NCBI GenBank assembly: GCA_003971905.1
Contig: RSEE01000007.1
Span: 682,001 to 746,000, forward strand
Direction of reading: 5' to 3'
Source: Moniliella sp. 'wahieum'
Lineage: Eukaryota
DNA: 64,000 nucleotides
The translations under genes were made by a program, and so were the position numbers. The notes under the pieces are model-generated. The model was not told where the DNA came from. It did no database searches and was given only the letters and a program-made list of their open reading frames with translations. Positions 13,957 through 26,218 of this stretch are shown piece by piece. Every line of letters starts with the position of its first letter. The stretch's first letter is position 1.

Positions 13957-15525
13957 TCACTTGCTTGTTCCCCCCGCCTTGCCCGAGATGTACTCAGGGC
14001 GCTCGGCATCCCGGTACTCTTGTATCACTTCCTGCACCGTCTCATGTGCCTCGTCAAACTGGGCAATGTCAAAGCCTGGCTCCTTCTTGTAGTTGTCGAG
14101 GAACGCATTCCGCTTGTACAGCAAGTCAAACTGGTCCAGTACGCGCTTAAACGTGCCAGACATGCCCGTGTGGTTCGCCAGCATCAACCCATTCACCCGA
14201 TGGCTCGAAGGGACGTAGGGGCTGCGCTTGGCCAGCGCAACCTGCACCGACGCAGGTGCCCACGGGATGAAGCAAGTCGAGTGTTTCTCCCGGATGCGAA
14301 GCAAACTTTTGTGCACCTCGCGTGGGTCCACATCGCCTTGGACGATATCCATAATCGACATGTAGCAGGCCGACTTGCTGGCACCCTGCATGCTTACCAT
14401 CCGGTTCTTTGGCTGCAATAGCCGTTGCATCACGTCCAGCACGGTTGTCTTGGTCATGGATTTGCCGCGGTCCACCGTGTCGGCAGTAAAGGGTGTGTAA
14501 GCCGTCATCAAAAAATGGCACCTTGGCGTAGGGATCAAGGAGGCCATCATTCCCACCTATATTGGAACGAGTCTCATCAGTCACCAGGTACGATCTTTCG
14601 ACCAAAGATGTAATTGGGGGAGAACGTACAAGCTGGTTGTTCATGTAGCTTGGGTATCGCAAAGTCAAAGTCGCAGCGCTCATCACCGTGCTGATCATCT
14701 GATTCATTTGAGAAAAAGGACCAACGTCAGTACGAGGGAGGCGGTAATAAAGTAATAGATTAGAAACACGCACTTGACACTAGGTTGGTGGAGGTGAAGG
14801 CGATCAGTTGCGATGCGACCAAGTGACCCGTTGTCCAGCACGACAACAGCATCGGCATTGTCGACCAGGTGTTTCATAGTCAAGGTCGCATTGTAAGGCT
14901 GAACCACAACATCCGAGTTGTCCGACATGTTGGGGAAGAGAGTAGGTTTGGATCAATGCCTTTGGGTATGCATCATTCAGGGCTTCTAGCAGATAGGACC
15001 CCAAGCCTGACCCTGTTCCACCCGCAATACTGTGGAGGAGGGTGAAGCCCTACAAGAAGGAGAAAACGAGTTAGGACCTAGCAATACTGTTGTAAATGAT
15101 CAATAGTAAGCCCGAACGCACCTCTAGACTATCGCTGCCATCGACCTCACGATCAATCATTTCGGTCAGCCCCTCGGTGATTTTCTGACCTGCAGAGTAC
15201 CCGTGAGCCCAGTTGTTGCCAGCACCGCCCCCCTCGGGAGAGATGAAGATGTTCTCAGAGTTATAAAAGTTGCGAAACGCACCGCCCGTGACGTTCTGGA
15301 TCACACGCGGCTCAAGGTCGACGAGAATGGCACGCGGCACGTAACGTTCGTCGTCGGCCTGGTAGAAAAATACGTCCTTGCGGTCGCCTGCGGTACCCTC
15401 TGTGGCAAATCCGCCAGAGTACCATCCTGGGTAATGCCATGCTCACGGCAGATCTGCTCCCAGAATGCGGCGCCAACCTGGTTGCCGCATTGGCCGGCCT
15501 GGATGGTGATGAGCTCGCGTGGCAT
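13957..15525 (-). CDS. TUB4: Gamma-tubulin
   Basis: [62 protein letters not shown] and [20 protein letters not shown]. Three introns. Confidence 0.95.
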
Positions 15526-15703
15526 GGTGGGCGTGTGTGGTGGTTGCTTGTGTTGGTACACGCGCCGCTTAAGCGCTTAGGCTAAGCGCTTATATAGCCG
15601 TGCCCTGGGCACCGCCTCCCCCCAGCCGCCCCCACGCCCTCCGGCCAGAGTCGCAGGGCAACGTGGGGTTGAAATATTGCAATGCTGGGTCAGCTTCACG
15701 CGA

Positions 15704-15725
15704 ATTCCGCTGTCTGCCGCGGAAT
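15704..15725. promoter_or_regulatory. Palindrome ATTCCGC-N8-GCGGAAT in the TUB4/NOP1 bidirectional promoter
   Basis: Identical arms and spacing recur at 53682-53703. Confidence 0.5.
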
Positions 15726-15839
15726 CCCACCCACAAAATTTCTTTGCCTCGCTCTTCCTGTCGACTGGACGGGAGGATTTTCCCACCTTCTCTCCCAAGT
15801 CTGACGCCCCTCGCTCCAATCTCTTTTTTCCTCTTCAAA

Positions 15840-16849
15840 ATGGCTTTCGGTGACCGTGGACGTGGTGGTGGACGTGGTGGATTCCGGGGGGGACGCGGTG
15901 GTCCCCCGGTCGTGGCGGCCGTGGCGGCGGCCGTGGCGCACCCGGTGGTCGTGGTACGTTTTGAACCTTTGATTCTCTTGGTTGTCCGCATCCAGCTCAC
16001 CCGCCTGCGTTTGATGTCTGTAGGTGGCTTTGGCGCTGCTCGTGGTGGTGGTCGCGGCGGTGGTCGCGGCGGCCGCGGTGCTCCTCGTGGCCGTGGTGCA
16101 CCCGTGGTGGCGCGCGTGGCGGCAGCAAGGTGATCGTCAAGCCTCATCGTCATGCTGGCGTTTTCATTGCCGAGGGCAAGGAGCACCTGCTTGTCACGAA
16201 AAACATGGCCCCCGGCGATTCGGTGTATGGCGAGAAGCGCATCTCTGTCGATGTGGTCCAGGACGACGGTGTGCCGGGGGCCAAGGTGGAGTACCGCGTG
16301 TGGAACCCGTTCCGTTCGAAGCTCGCGGCCGGTATCCTGGGTGGGTTGGACCACATTCACATTCAACCCGGTGCCAAGGTGCTGTACCTGGGTGCTGCCT
16401 CTGGCACGTCCGTGTCGCATGTGGCGGATGTGGTTGGCCCGACGGGTGTGGTGTACGCTGTTGAGTTTTCGCACCGAAGCGGGCGCGACTTGATCAACAT
16501 GGCCAAGAAGCGGACCAACGTGATCCCCATCATTGAGGACGCTCGTCACCCTCAAAAATACCGCATGCTCGTCGACACGGTGGACGTCATCTTTGCCGAT
16601 GTGGCCCAGCCGGACCAAGCTCGTATTGTTGCGCTCAATGCGCACTACTTCCTCAAGGACCAGGGCCATGTCGTTATTTCGATCAAGGCGTCCTGCATCG
16701 ACTCGACGGCGCCTGCCGAGGCGGTGTTCGCATCGGAAGTCAAGAAGCTGCAGGGCGAGATGTTCCGCCGCGTGCGTGAGCAGTTGACGCTCGAGCCTTA
16801 CGAGCGGGACCACGCTATGCTGGTGGCGCAGTACCAGCGCCATGCCTAA
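15840..16849 (+). CDS. NOP1: Fibrillarin (rRNA 2'-O-methyltransferase)
   Basis: RGG-rich GAR N-terminus, [51 protein letters not shown] and [13 protein letters not shown]. Intron ~15954-16023. Confidence 0.97.
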
Positions 16850-18470
16850 GCTGGATCCCTGATTCCTCGCTGATTCTTGCGCATCTCGCCCCAAAATCTG
16901 GGGGCACGCTTGCCCCGTCATGCCTTGTACACTAGCCCCCATGGGAGGATTGCATTCGTGGTTCCCGTCCTGAACCCTCCTCTCATACACATCTTGATCA
17001 AAAACTATATGGCCTATGTCCTCTCTTTTCTTTCCGAGTCGGCCTCTTTTCGAAAGCTGGATAGGGACAGCACAATGGATAGCAATGCGTGGCACTGCCG
17101 CTTGGCAGACGTCGCCCAGCCTGACTCGAAACCTAACCTGAGCAAACCGTGGAGCAAACCCACGGTTAGCTTTTGAGCAAGGCGTAGGAAAATAGCCGCA
17201 GTAGGTCAGGTGGTGACCCTGGCGACACACAGTAATCTCCATCTCTATACTGCAACCATATCACTGACGGAACAACGATGAAACGCTGTGCCTAGTAAAC
17301 CCACCCCTTCATCTGACGTGTATTGCTCCTTACACACGACCCCGTTTATAGGGAAGCAGGGGAATCGCCAGAAGATCAGGACCTTGTGGTGCCCGCCACA
17401 TCCGTTCCCATACAACCGCCGAAGGTAGCGCGTGTGGATATGAATCAACGCGATAAACACATCCCAGCGGTGACATCTTTTCGTCAATCCGATACGCGGC
17501 CCTCACCTTCTGCCTCAGCCCCGAGTTGCGCAGCGCAGTGTGGTCCACCTCCATTCCTGATCCTCCGATTGTTCCAGGTCCCATCACTCGGTAGTCAGTA
17601 CGCATAGGCCATTGCCTGTGGCACACACTGACCAGGTTGGCAGAACCAGCGTGGGGGCGACTAGTACCTTTGGTTTCTCCCCCCCGGGGCCACTGCATCT
17701 AAGTCGACTGCGCCGTAGCGGTGAACCAAGGTGCCAAACACCCATCGGGGCCAACTGGGTTGTGCGTCGGAGGCAACGTCATCTATGAGTCCTCTCCAGG
17801 CCGGTTCACGCGCGCTCACGAATGGCCTTTCGGGCGGCAACCGCGCCCCGACGGAGGCTGGGGTTGTGGTGACTAGCAAGCTACTACACTACCAACACGC
17901 TACCACGCTACCAAGCTACCAAGCCATGGGACCGTGCCCTCCCCCGGGCCAGGACGCGCGAGCAAGTTATGGGGTCGTGAAGCAACATCACTAGATCAGT
18001 AGCACAGGCACGGTAGGACCCAGGGCACGGAGCCAGGGCAAAAGCACGAGTAGAGGGCCGCGCGGCGCGGGACAGGAGGGAATCCACGAGCCTCGACCCC
18101 CGTCCCTGGGAGGAGAACGTAGCCCAACAATCAAAGACAAACAAAATCTGGTGGCAAGGTGTGCGTGCGCGTGTGCGTGTGCAGGCCCAACCCAGCCAGC
18201 CAGCCAAAAGGAATACGAACACGAGTACGAACACGAACCCATCCGCCCAGGGTAGGAGGGTGGAAGGGGCAGGGGCAGGGGCAGAGCAGGGCAGTAGTAG
18301 AGCGGGGGGGTAGGGGGATTAAGCAAACAACAATGACAAATAATCCTGCTCGGCGGCTCGGTTCGCTTGTCTGTCTCTCGTTCTCGTTCTCGTTCTCGTT
18401 TCGTTCTCGTTTTCGTTCGCCATGGGAGGCCAGGCGAGGCGAAAGAGGGAGGGACAAGGAGCTTGGGCGC

Positions 18471-21400
18471 TCAGGGCGTCCATTCCTGCTTGAGTCTCGA
18501 AGGGACAAAGCGGAGCGAAGCGAACCGCCAACGATCGAGGCTGGTACGTTGCTCCGCGCCGGCAGTGTAAATGGCCGGCACGGCGCGGGCCTTGTTCCGG
18601 CGGAGGCGGCGGGTGTGGGGGCAAGTGGTGCGACGAGGGCAGCGAGGGCGGACAAGGCGAACGCGCACGTTCTTTGCCCCACCGCGGTTTGAGCGGCGCA
18701 GTAATCTTGTTGTTCCGGATCATCTCCAGCTCCAACGAGAGCATGTAGAGGTGCTTGCCATTGGCCAACAGACGCGGACGCATCGTGCGCGCGCCCGCAC
18801 CTGCACCCGCACCCGTATGCACACGAGTACGCGCACCGCCTCCGCCCGACCCAGCACCCCCGCAGCAGGTTCCCGCTCTACTTCCGTCTTGGAGTTGCGC
18901 CGCGTCGGAGGCGGCGAGGCCGTGCCGGAGCGAAGCGAACGTGACCGCCGCACTCGTCTCGGCGCCTCGTCGGCGGCGGGGACCGTCGACGGGTCAACCA
19001 TACTCGTCGGACGGCGGCGCATGCCCTTGGATCGTCGGCGACCCGTCTCGACCGCCACCACGTCCGATCGTCGACGGCGCGGGAAAAGGTCACAAGTAGA
19101 TTCCAGCCGGCCCTCTCGCTCCTCCTCTCCTCCTGCTTCTCCTTCCCCCTCCTCCCCTTCCTCGCCCTGCTGGGTGCGGGCAGGGGTGAGGACTGGCGGC
19201 GGGTAGGAGGACAGTGTCGATCGCGCTGTGTGAGACGGCGCGAAGGTCGTTGGTGCCCAAGCGCAGAAGAAGAAGCGGACAGATCCGAGGCCAGGTTCAC
19301 CAGCCCACGCGACCGACTGTGGGTCGAACGTACCCGGTCGGCCGAAGGGGTGCGAGAACGCGAGCGGCCACGTACCGGCTCATCCTCCAGCGCAGTGCTA
19401 CGACTGGACCGCACCTCCACGCCCACCTCCACGCCCACGCCCACGCTCCCACTCGCTTCCTCCTCGTCGGGATCGGGAGGAGAGAGGAACAAGGTTTCTT
19501 CCAGCGCCAGCGCCAACGCTTCCGGGTCCAGCACATGGGTTGGGTCGGCCTCCTCGGCTGGCGGCGCCGGGACCGGGCGATGGAGACGCTTGTCTTCCGC
19601 CTCCTCTCCTCGGGGACCTCGCCCGAATGCAGCCGGTACGTCTCGAGGCACACCATGGAGGACAGCTCCACGTCGGGTCTACCGGTTCCCCAACCCGGCC
19701 ACGTAGGCCGACGCTGACGCATCCGCTTCCCAGGGCGTCATCACCCGCCCCTTGGAACTGCCAGCGGAGCGGCCTGAGCCGCTTCGCCTGCGCCGGTCCC
19801 GACGCTCCCAGCCCCATTCCAACTCCATGGCGGGGAGGGGCCGAGCGTGCGACGCCCGAGGCGTGCGCATCCTTTTCCGCCACAACGGGCGCGGCAGGCA
19901 AGCCGATCGGGGCAGGCGGAGTAAAATAATTGGGCAAGCGGGAAAATTGGCGCAGCGAAGCGGCCAACAGCCGCCCTCGTCGTCGCGGCGGTCGATCGAC
20001 GGGGACGACCGAGGGTGGAGAGGTAACCAGTACACTGTCCCTTCCGTCGCTGGCCTCTGGCAGAGCAGGTGGGAGCGGCACGTCACCGTCCAATCCTGAT
20101 CCGACCCGACCCCGACCCCGACCCCGATCCCAGCCCTCCTCGGAGATCCGTGGGCTGAGAGGGGTGGGCGTCACCGTGTCGGCATCGGAACTGGTCGAGG
20201 TGCGTCGGCTTCCTTGCAGGGTGGCGTGGAAGTTGGAAAGACGGGCGGCAAACCATTCATCGGGGGCGTGGAGGGGCTGGTGGCTCGCGAGGCGTGAGCG
20301 CCAAAGGGACGGTAGGGTTGGTTAAACCCATGCTGCAACGGGTCGTCTGACGCCTCAATCCGAATTCGCATTGGTGCCCGTGCCGTACGAGCTCAGGGCG
20401 AGGGGGAGAAACGGGATCGGTGGGGTGGGCGTGGGCGTGGTCTGGTCAAGCGAATCAGAGTCGAGCAGCTCGTCCCAAGACAGTGTCACGTCCTCTGGGA
20501 CCATATCGGGTGGGGGAGCTCGGGCAGGAGCGTCGGCCCGGGATGGCCGGCTGGATGGGCCCAAGAGAACTGCCAAGGAAGGGGAGCGAGAGGCACGGGC
20601 TTGGGCCAAAGAGCGTGCCCGGGAGGCACGATGGGGGATGGCGCGCTCAGTCGGGCAGGGGGCGAGGGAGCTCGTCGGCGGTGCTGATCAGCCTCAAGTG
20701 CAGCCAGGGCATGCACGCGTGCCCCTAGTCCCGAGCTGGAAGCATCAGAGCGCTGTACCAAGCCACGAACGTGTTGGGACAGCGTCGACCCTTGCCTGTT
20801 CTCCTCGTCCAAGGAGGGTTGCAACCCTTGGACCCTTGCCAGACGAGAGAGTGAGGGGAAGACGGATGCACATTCTCCGTCATAGCATTCAACGTAGCAC
20901 TGGCAACAGCGAGGGATACGGCCGCCCTGGGCGCGGCGGTAGCGGACAGCCGCATCCGCGCCGGAGGCGAGAGAGAAAGAGACTGTGCCGGAGAGGAACG
21001 GGCGGAGCGGCAGGAAGAGGTCGACAGGGGACTGGTACTTGCTTGGGGCAATGAAGTGTCGCCTGGCCTGTCTCGCCCTTGGCTAGGGCTTGTGCTCATC
21101 GTCTCGATGGAGCTGAGAGAGGAGCCAGACGACGACAAGGAGGCGGGCAACCCTCCAGTAGAAGGCAGGGGGGGGGGGGGGGCGGGCGAGCAGGCGTGCA
21201 GGGCCGGTGGTAGGGGCTCGGTGAGAACGGGGGCAGTCGGACTGGTGGCAAGCTTGTCCTTGGCCGAGGGGGCAGACAAGAGTCTAGGAGACAGCAAGGA
21301 TTCGTGTGGCGGGCCATGGGGGGACGGGGTGTCCTTGTGGCCACAGACCAGCGGGTGAGCGGGGGTGCAGGACATGGCCTGGTCGGAGGGGGCGGCATCA

Positions 21401-22085
21401 TCACACCTCGCACGCGTCCTGCCGCGCTTGGGCTGCAGCTTTTGCTTCTTCCGCGTCTATGCCCTTCCAGTTCTAGACTGGACGCAGTGGGGCGGAAGGG
21501 TGTGTGGACACAGCCGAGGAGGGTGGGGGGATAAGGGCGCGCGAGAGATGCTCGCTGCGGCCACGGCGAGGCGAGTGGGCAGTGCGGGAGCGACGCAGGC
21601 GCGGGATTTGAGGGCAGCGGCCAAGACGGCTTCATCAAAGCCCAAGCCCTGTTGGCGCGGGCGACTTCCATTGGCGCAGCTGGCGGGCGCCTCTGGTCGG
21701 CCGAACGGGAAGAGCAGGGTAGCGGGGAGCGATGGTGGGCACGAGATGGGGAGGACGACGGTGGGGAGGGGAGGGCGAGGAGGCAGTGGATGGCTGCGAG
21801 TCGGGATGGGGCTAGCCGTGCTGGGATGGCATGGGGGTGGGAGTGGGGGTGGGGTGGCATGGGCAGGGGCATGGGCATGGGCATGGGCATGAACATGGGC
21901 GCATGTGCTCTGCGTGGGCACGGGAGGCGGCGAAGGAGGCCGGCGGTGGGGCTGGCGGTGGCGGGGCTCGAGGGCGCCAAGGAGGGCGGAGGGCCAGCGG
22001 CGGGGGCATGGCGAGCAGCTTGTCGGGGTGGGCGGGGCAGCGCAGAGGGGATACGCCAGCGCGGCGCTGAGGGGCGGCAGCACCA
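18471..22085 (-). CDS. Long Ser/Pro/Arg-rich hypothetical protein with a conserved-looking C-terminal motif
   Basis: Chain of overlapping minus-strand ORFs ending in RLLANGKHLYMLSLELEMIRNNKITAPLKPR and then PSRLKQEWTP*. Start uncertain; many frameshifts. Confidence 0.5.
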
Positions 22086-23980
22086 TTCCCAGCGCGGCGG
22101 GCACCGTGGGGGGGAGGGCGGAGGGCGGAGGGGAACGCCAAGGACGACAGGCGGATGGCCGCCTGTCGTTTGCCAGCCAGGGCGCACGATGCGTGATGTC
22201 ATGCACCCGCGCAACCATGTGCGCCCACCCCCAACCGCATGCCTCGGCCGCCGCCTCGCATCGAGCACGCCGCCTCCAGTTCACGATTCCGGGCGCTCAC
22301 CGCTCAGCTGCTGCCATGTGTGATCCGCTGCGAGCGGGTCGCTGCCCCCGCCCGCCAGCACAGCCCCCCTGCCGTTCCTGGCGCCTGTCTTGCCTCCCAG
22401 CGTGACAGCGCCCGTCACGTGCCAGCCGCCCGCCTGTCTTCCGCCCGCGCCCTTTCCCACCGCCGGCCACTTTGGCTGCAACTGCAAAAGCTTAGCGTGT
22501 ACATCCACCCCATAGCCTCGATAACCACCCGAAATCGTAACCCCCTCGGCCCCGCCCCCCATCACCTCCGTACCACCCGCCGCACCCGACGGAGCCACCC
22601 GCCGACGGTTGCCGCAAGCTTGTTTCCTCGTCTTAGACTTGCTCGCAAGCACACTTTCCCAAACCCCATTCACCCCTTGCCCAGCGCCCATTGTCTCTCC
22701 CCCCCCTTCACCACCAAAGTCTATCCCCCGTGCCAACCCCATTCCCCGCATCGACACTCCTATGTCTCCTCGGCGCTCAGGCGCTCAGCCTCAGCCTCCC
22801 CCCACCGAAGTAAACCTTTCGTCGTGCCCAAACGCACCGGAACGATGAGCCTGCTCGCAGCCCCTGTGTTGGGTGTTCGTTTGGTTGTGTTTTATTACTT
22901 GCGCTGCCCTCACCCCTCATTCTGAGATCGATCTCGCTGTCGAACAAAAGTACTCTGTTCATAATATTATTGCGAACCCCTCTTCCGAGTTTGGAGTTTG
23001 CCTTCCCCCTGTCTTTTTTTTACGCGTCCCTTTGGTGATGCACCGGGGGCCCAGGCCTCATCATCCCTGTCTCGCGTCGCTTATCGACCCCCCGATCCCC
23101 CCGCCTTCAAACCTGATGAGGGGAGAATCCTGATCGAGGGTGCGATGTATGTATCGCAATAGGGGGCGGTTCTGATGGCAGCGGTGGTGCCAAGGCAACC
23201 AACGACGTCTGCAGGGCCATCACAGGCAGCCGGTCGCTGCCAGACCTGTCTGTGTGTGGAACGAAGGAAATAGCAAGGAGGCAGCATCGGAGCACGTCTA
23301 GAATACGCCTGGGCCTGAAAAGAGAGGGGGCCGTGGAAGGAGTTTGTGCCCTACTCCCGTAGCTCCACCAAGCGCCGGCCAAACTCTTGTAGTAGAAGAT
23401 ATACAGAGGATGGATTGCGCATGTGGGCTCTTTGGCTGCCTGCGAGACGGTTGTGTTGGAGTTGGATAGGGGGGGGGGACGCTAGCACCATAGATAACGA
23501 GACTCCAGGTATGAGGAAAAGTCAAAGAGTATTAGCCTAAAGAGCACACCTGCATATAATGCTCCGAGGGAACCAATGCCGACTATCCTAAAGTGACTAT
23601 ACGGAATAGGTTTTTGTCAACAGTGTGACGCTGCGTAGGAGATAGGGACCGAGGAGGATGCAAAGAAAATGTCGGATACTCGCTGATCGTGTATTGCTGA
23701 GTGTGCCCCATACGCAAGGGGGATGGAGCGCATTCCACAAGGTTACACTCTAATCACATCTCTCATGAAGGGACAGGGGGATGAAAGTGGGGGTGGGGTA
23801 TCATTTGCAAAAATGAGGAAGTGCACCACGGCATGGATGGAGCGGGGCAGTGGGGGGTAGGGGGGGGGGTGTATGCTGGGGTAGGCAAGGAAAGGGGAAC
23901 AGGACTGCAAAAACAGGTTCGGAGCAAAGCTGAATCGTGACGAAGGCGGGTCGTATTAGCTGCAGCCGTCTTGACACCCT

Positions 23981-24218
23981 TCAGGGTTGTGACGCGGGCG
24001 ATTGAGGGGATTGGTGAAGACTGGCATGGCAATGGCTGCAGTTGCCTGGATGGACAAGGTGCGACTCGGTTTTGCACACGGGGCACTCGATGGAGCTGTG
24101 TGGCGCATGTGATGATGCAAGATGATATGACAGGGGGGTTGTGTGCGTGTTGGTTAGCGGCATGTGGTCCGGAACCAACGCGAGATGCAAAGCAAGAAGA
24201 GAAGACGTACAAGGCCAT
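23981..24218 (-). CDS. Spliced 40-aa Cys/His microprotein MAFSIECPVCKTESHLVHPGNCSHCHASLHQSPQSPASQP
   Basis: TATAAAA at ~24322-24316, pyrimidine-rich leader and CCGCCATG start. Exon 1 24218-24211; intron 24210-24096 (GTACGT, GCTAAC, first downstream AG); exon 2 24095-23981 in frame. Confidence 0.65.
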
Positions 24219-25394
24219 GGCGGAGGAAAGAGACGGCTTGGAGAAGAGAGGCGACAAGAGGGGGAACGGAAGAAGAGGGAACACGTTCGCCACAGAAGAC
24301 AGAAACGGATGGGTGTTTTATATAACCGCGGGGGGGGAAGAGGGGCGGAGGGGGCGACGGGAAGGACCGTGTGACATGTCACATCATCGATCATCCGACA
24401 GGCGTACCTCTCTCATTCTCGCCTGAGGCCTTTTGTGGCTCCGAAGAACAAAAGGGCGTGGGGTAACAGGTAAGGCAAGGGTAACTGCGTAGAGTGAAAC
24501 GCATGGCGCTCATGCGCTCATGGCGCGCGACGGCAACCAAGCGTGTGACATGGGGATCTGGCGCGGGGCCAACATAGGCCGACATTCGCCCCTCTCGGAT
24601 CCTCGATCCCGGCTCCACCGAAGCGAAAGGGCGTTTTGCAAGCAGGCACGGCCACCCACCAAGATGGCCACGAGCGCGACTAGGTGGGACGGGTGGAGCA
24701 GCGACGTTGACGTCACCACGCGTCGCGCTCCCCGCTGTGTGGCAGCGCGGGATGGGGCCAGGCAGGCTGTGGCGCGCGCAGCACATTAATAACGCTCAGG
24801 CTGTGGGCGCTTAGCCGGCCATGCCGACACTCCGACGGAAGCGCCAGCAGAGCCCCCATGCAAGCGCGCTGGACTGCCCTGCAGTGCCGCCGTGTGGAGC
24901 GGCGCCAGTGTCCCAGCTGAAACAACGTGGCGGCGCTTCTCAGCGGCGCCGAGGCGGCCAGGAAAATAGGGCCGAGAGGGCGGCGGCGGATCATCGATCA
25001 TCGATCACTAGTCACTCGATCACGCGGATCACGACCAAGATGGGAAGCACGTAGCGCGGGTTGTGTTGCAAAGGACACGCCCCGCTGCAGAGCGCGTGAC
25101 GCGTGAGTGTGCCATGCGCATGCCACACGTCCTGTCACGCTCCCATGTCCGAGTTTCCACCGAGACGTGCGGTGCACCACACGAGGAGCGCGCCGAGTGA
25201 GTGGGGTTGCGGTCATGATGCATGAAGCATGAAGCCTGACGCCCATGAGAGATGCATTACAAAAGCACACACACCGGAGAGGCAGCCGTTCAGACGACCA
25301 AAAGACGTATGCCAACCAGACGCCAGAAGAGGGAGGAGGGAGTGTTGAGCCATCGGGTGGCTCGTGCTTTGGCCAATGTCCCTTCAGTTCCTCC

Positions 25395-25571
25395 TCAGGC
25401 CTGGGAGTTCTGTTGTTTTCTCCTCTCCTGTTTTTTCCTTGTTCCGCAGCTTAGCCCCTGGTGGTGACTCGCTGCTGGATGTTCCTCTGTAGGCGTTGAT
25501 GGTTGGCTTAGACCACCCCACCACTAGTGCGATTGCATCACTCTCGAGGGCCATCAGGACTCCAGGTCTGA
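25395..25571. mobile_element. MITE-like dispersed repeat, copy 1
   Basis: Aligns along its length with 35393-35556. Imperfect ~17-bp terminal inverted repeats TCAGGCCTGGGAGTTCTG / CAGGACTCCAGGTCTGA. Confidence 0.6.
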
Positions 25572-26218
25572 TCATGCATCAGGGAAGAATGGGAGGAGGC
25601 AGTGCAGAGATAAGCGGGCGCCTCGCCTGGAGCGGGGCGGAAGGTGATGCAGGTGCCCCTGCGTGCGTGCTGCTGATGGTTACTTGCTCCAGGCAGCTAG
25701 GTTGCTGCCCTGCCGACGTCGCCGGAGTTGGATGGCGCTACTGGCGTAAGCCGACCGCACTCGGGCGCCAGACGAGAGAGCGGGGGTGCGAGGGGAGGCA
25801 GCATAGGATTGGCCGACGCAGCCCCCGGCGGAGGGCGTGGTGTGGCGCAAGCGGGAGGAGCCTGGGGGGACACGCACGCGTGCATATGAGGGGGGCTGTC
25901 GAGGCCAGGGCGGGACAGGATCATCGATCACATGACACGGGCGGGCATGGCGCCGCTGTACCCGCAACTCCGCAGCACTCCGCAGCATGATGCAGCAGGA
26001 CGCGTGACGCGTGACGCGTGACGCAACACTACGCAGCACGCCGACTGGTGCTGGGTGCTCGCTTGCACTCGCTTGTCCCCCCGCACACTTCCCGCCCTGG
26101 CCAGTCCGCACCCCACACCTCCCCAGCACGCCCGCCTCGCCACCATCCGCATCTGTCCCATCTGTCCCACCTGCCCCATCTGCCCCCCTATACCCCACCT
26201 TGCTCGCCCCCTCCCGAC

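Noticed and set aside
6536..16849. Co-location of NMD3, RPN3, NOP1 and PDB1 considered as a functional cluster
   Set aside because: Unrelated housekeeping pathways; ordinary gene order in a compact fungal genome.
22762..22848. Small ORF MSPRRSGAQPQPPPTEV after a C-rich leader
   Set aside because: No clear splice signals, motif or continuation; unsupported.
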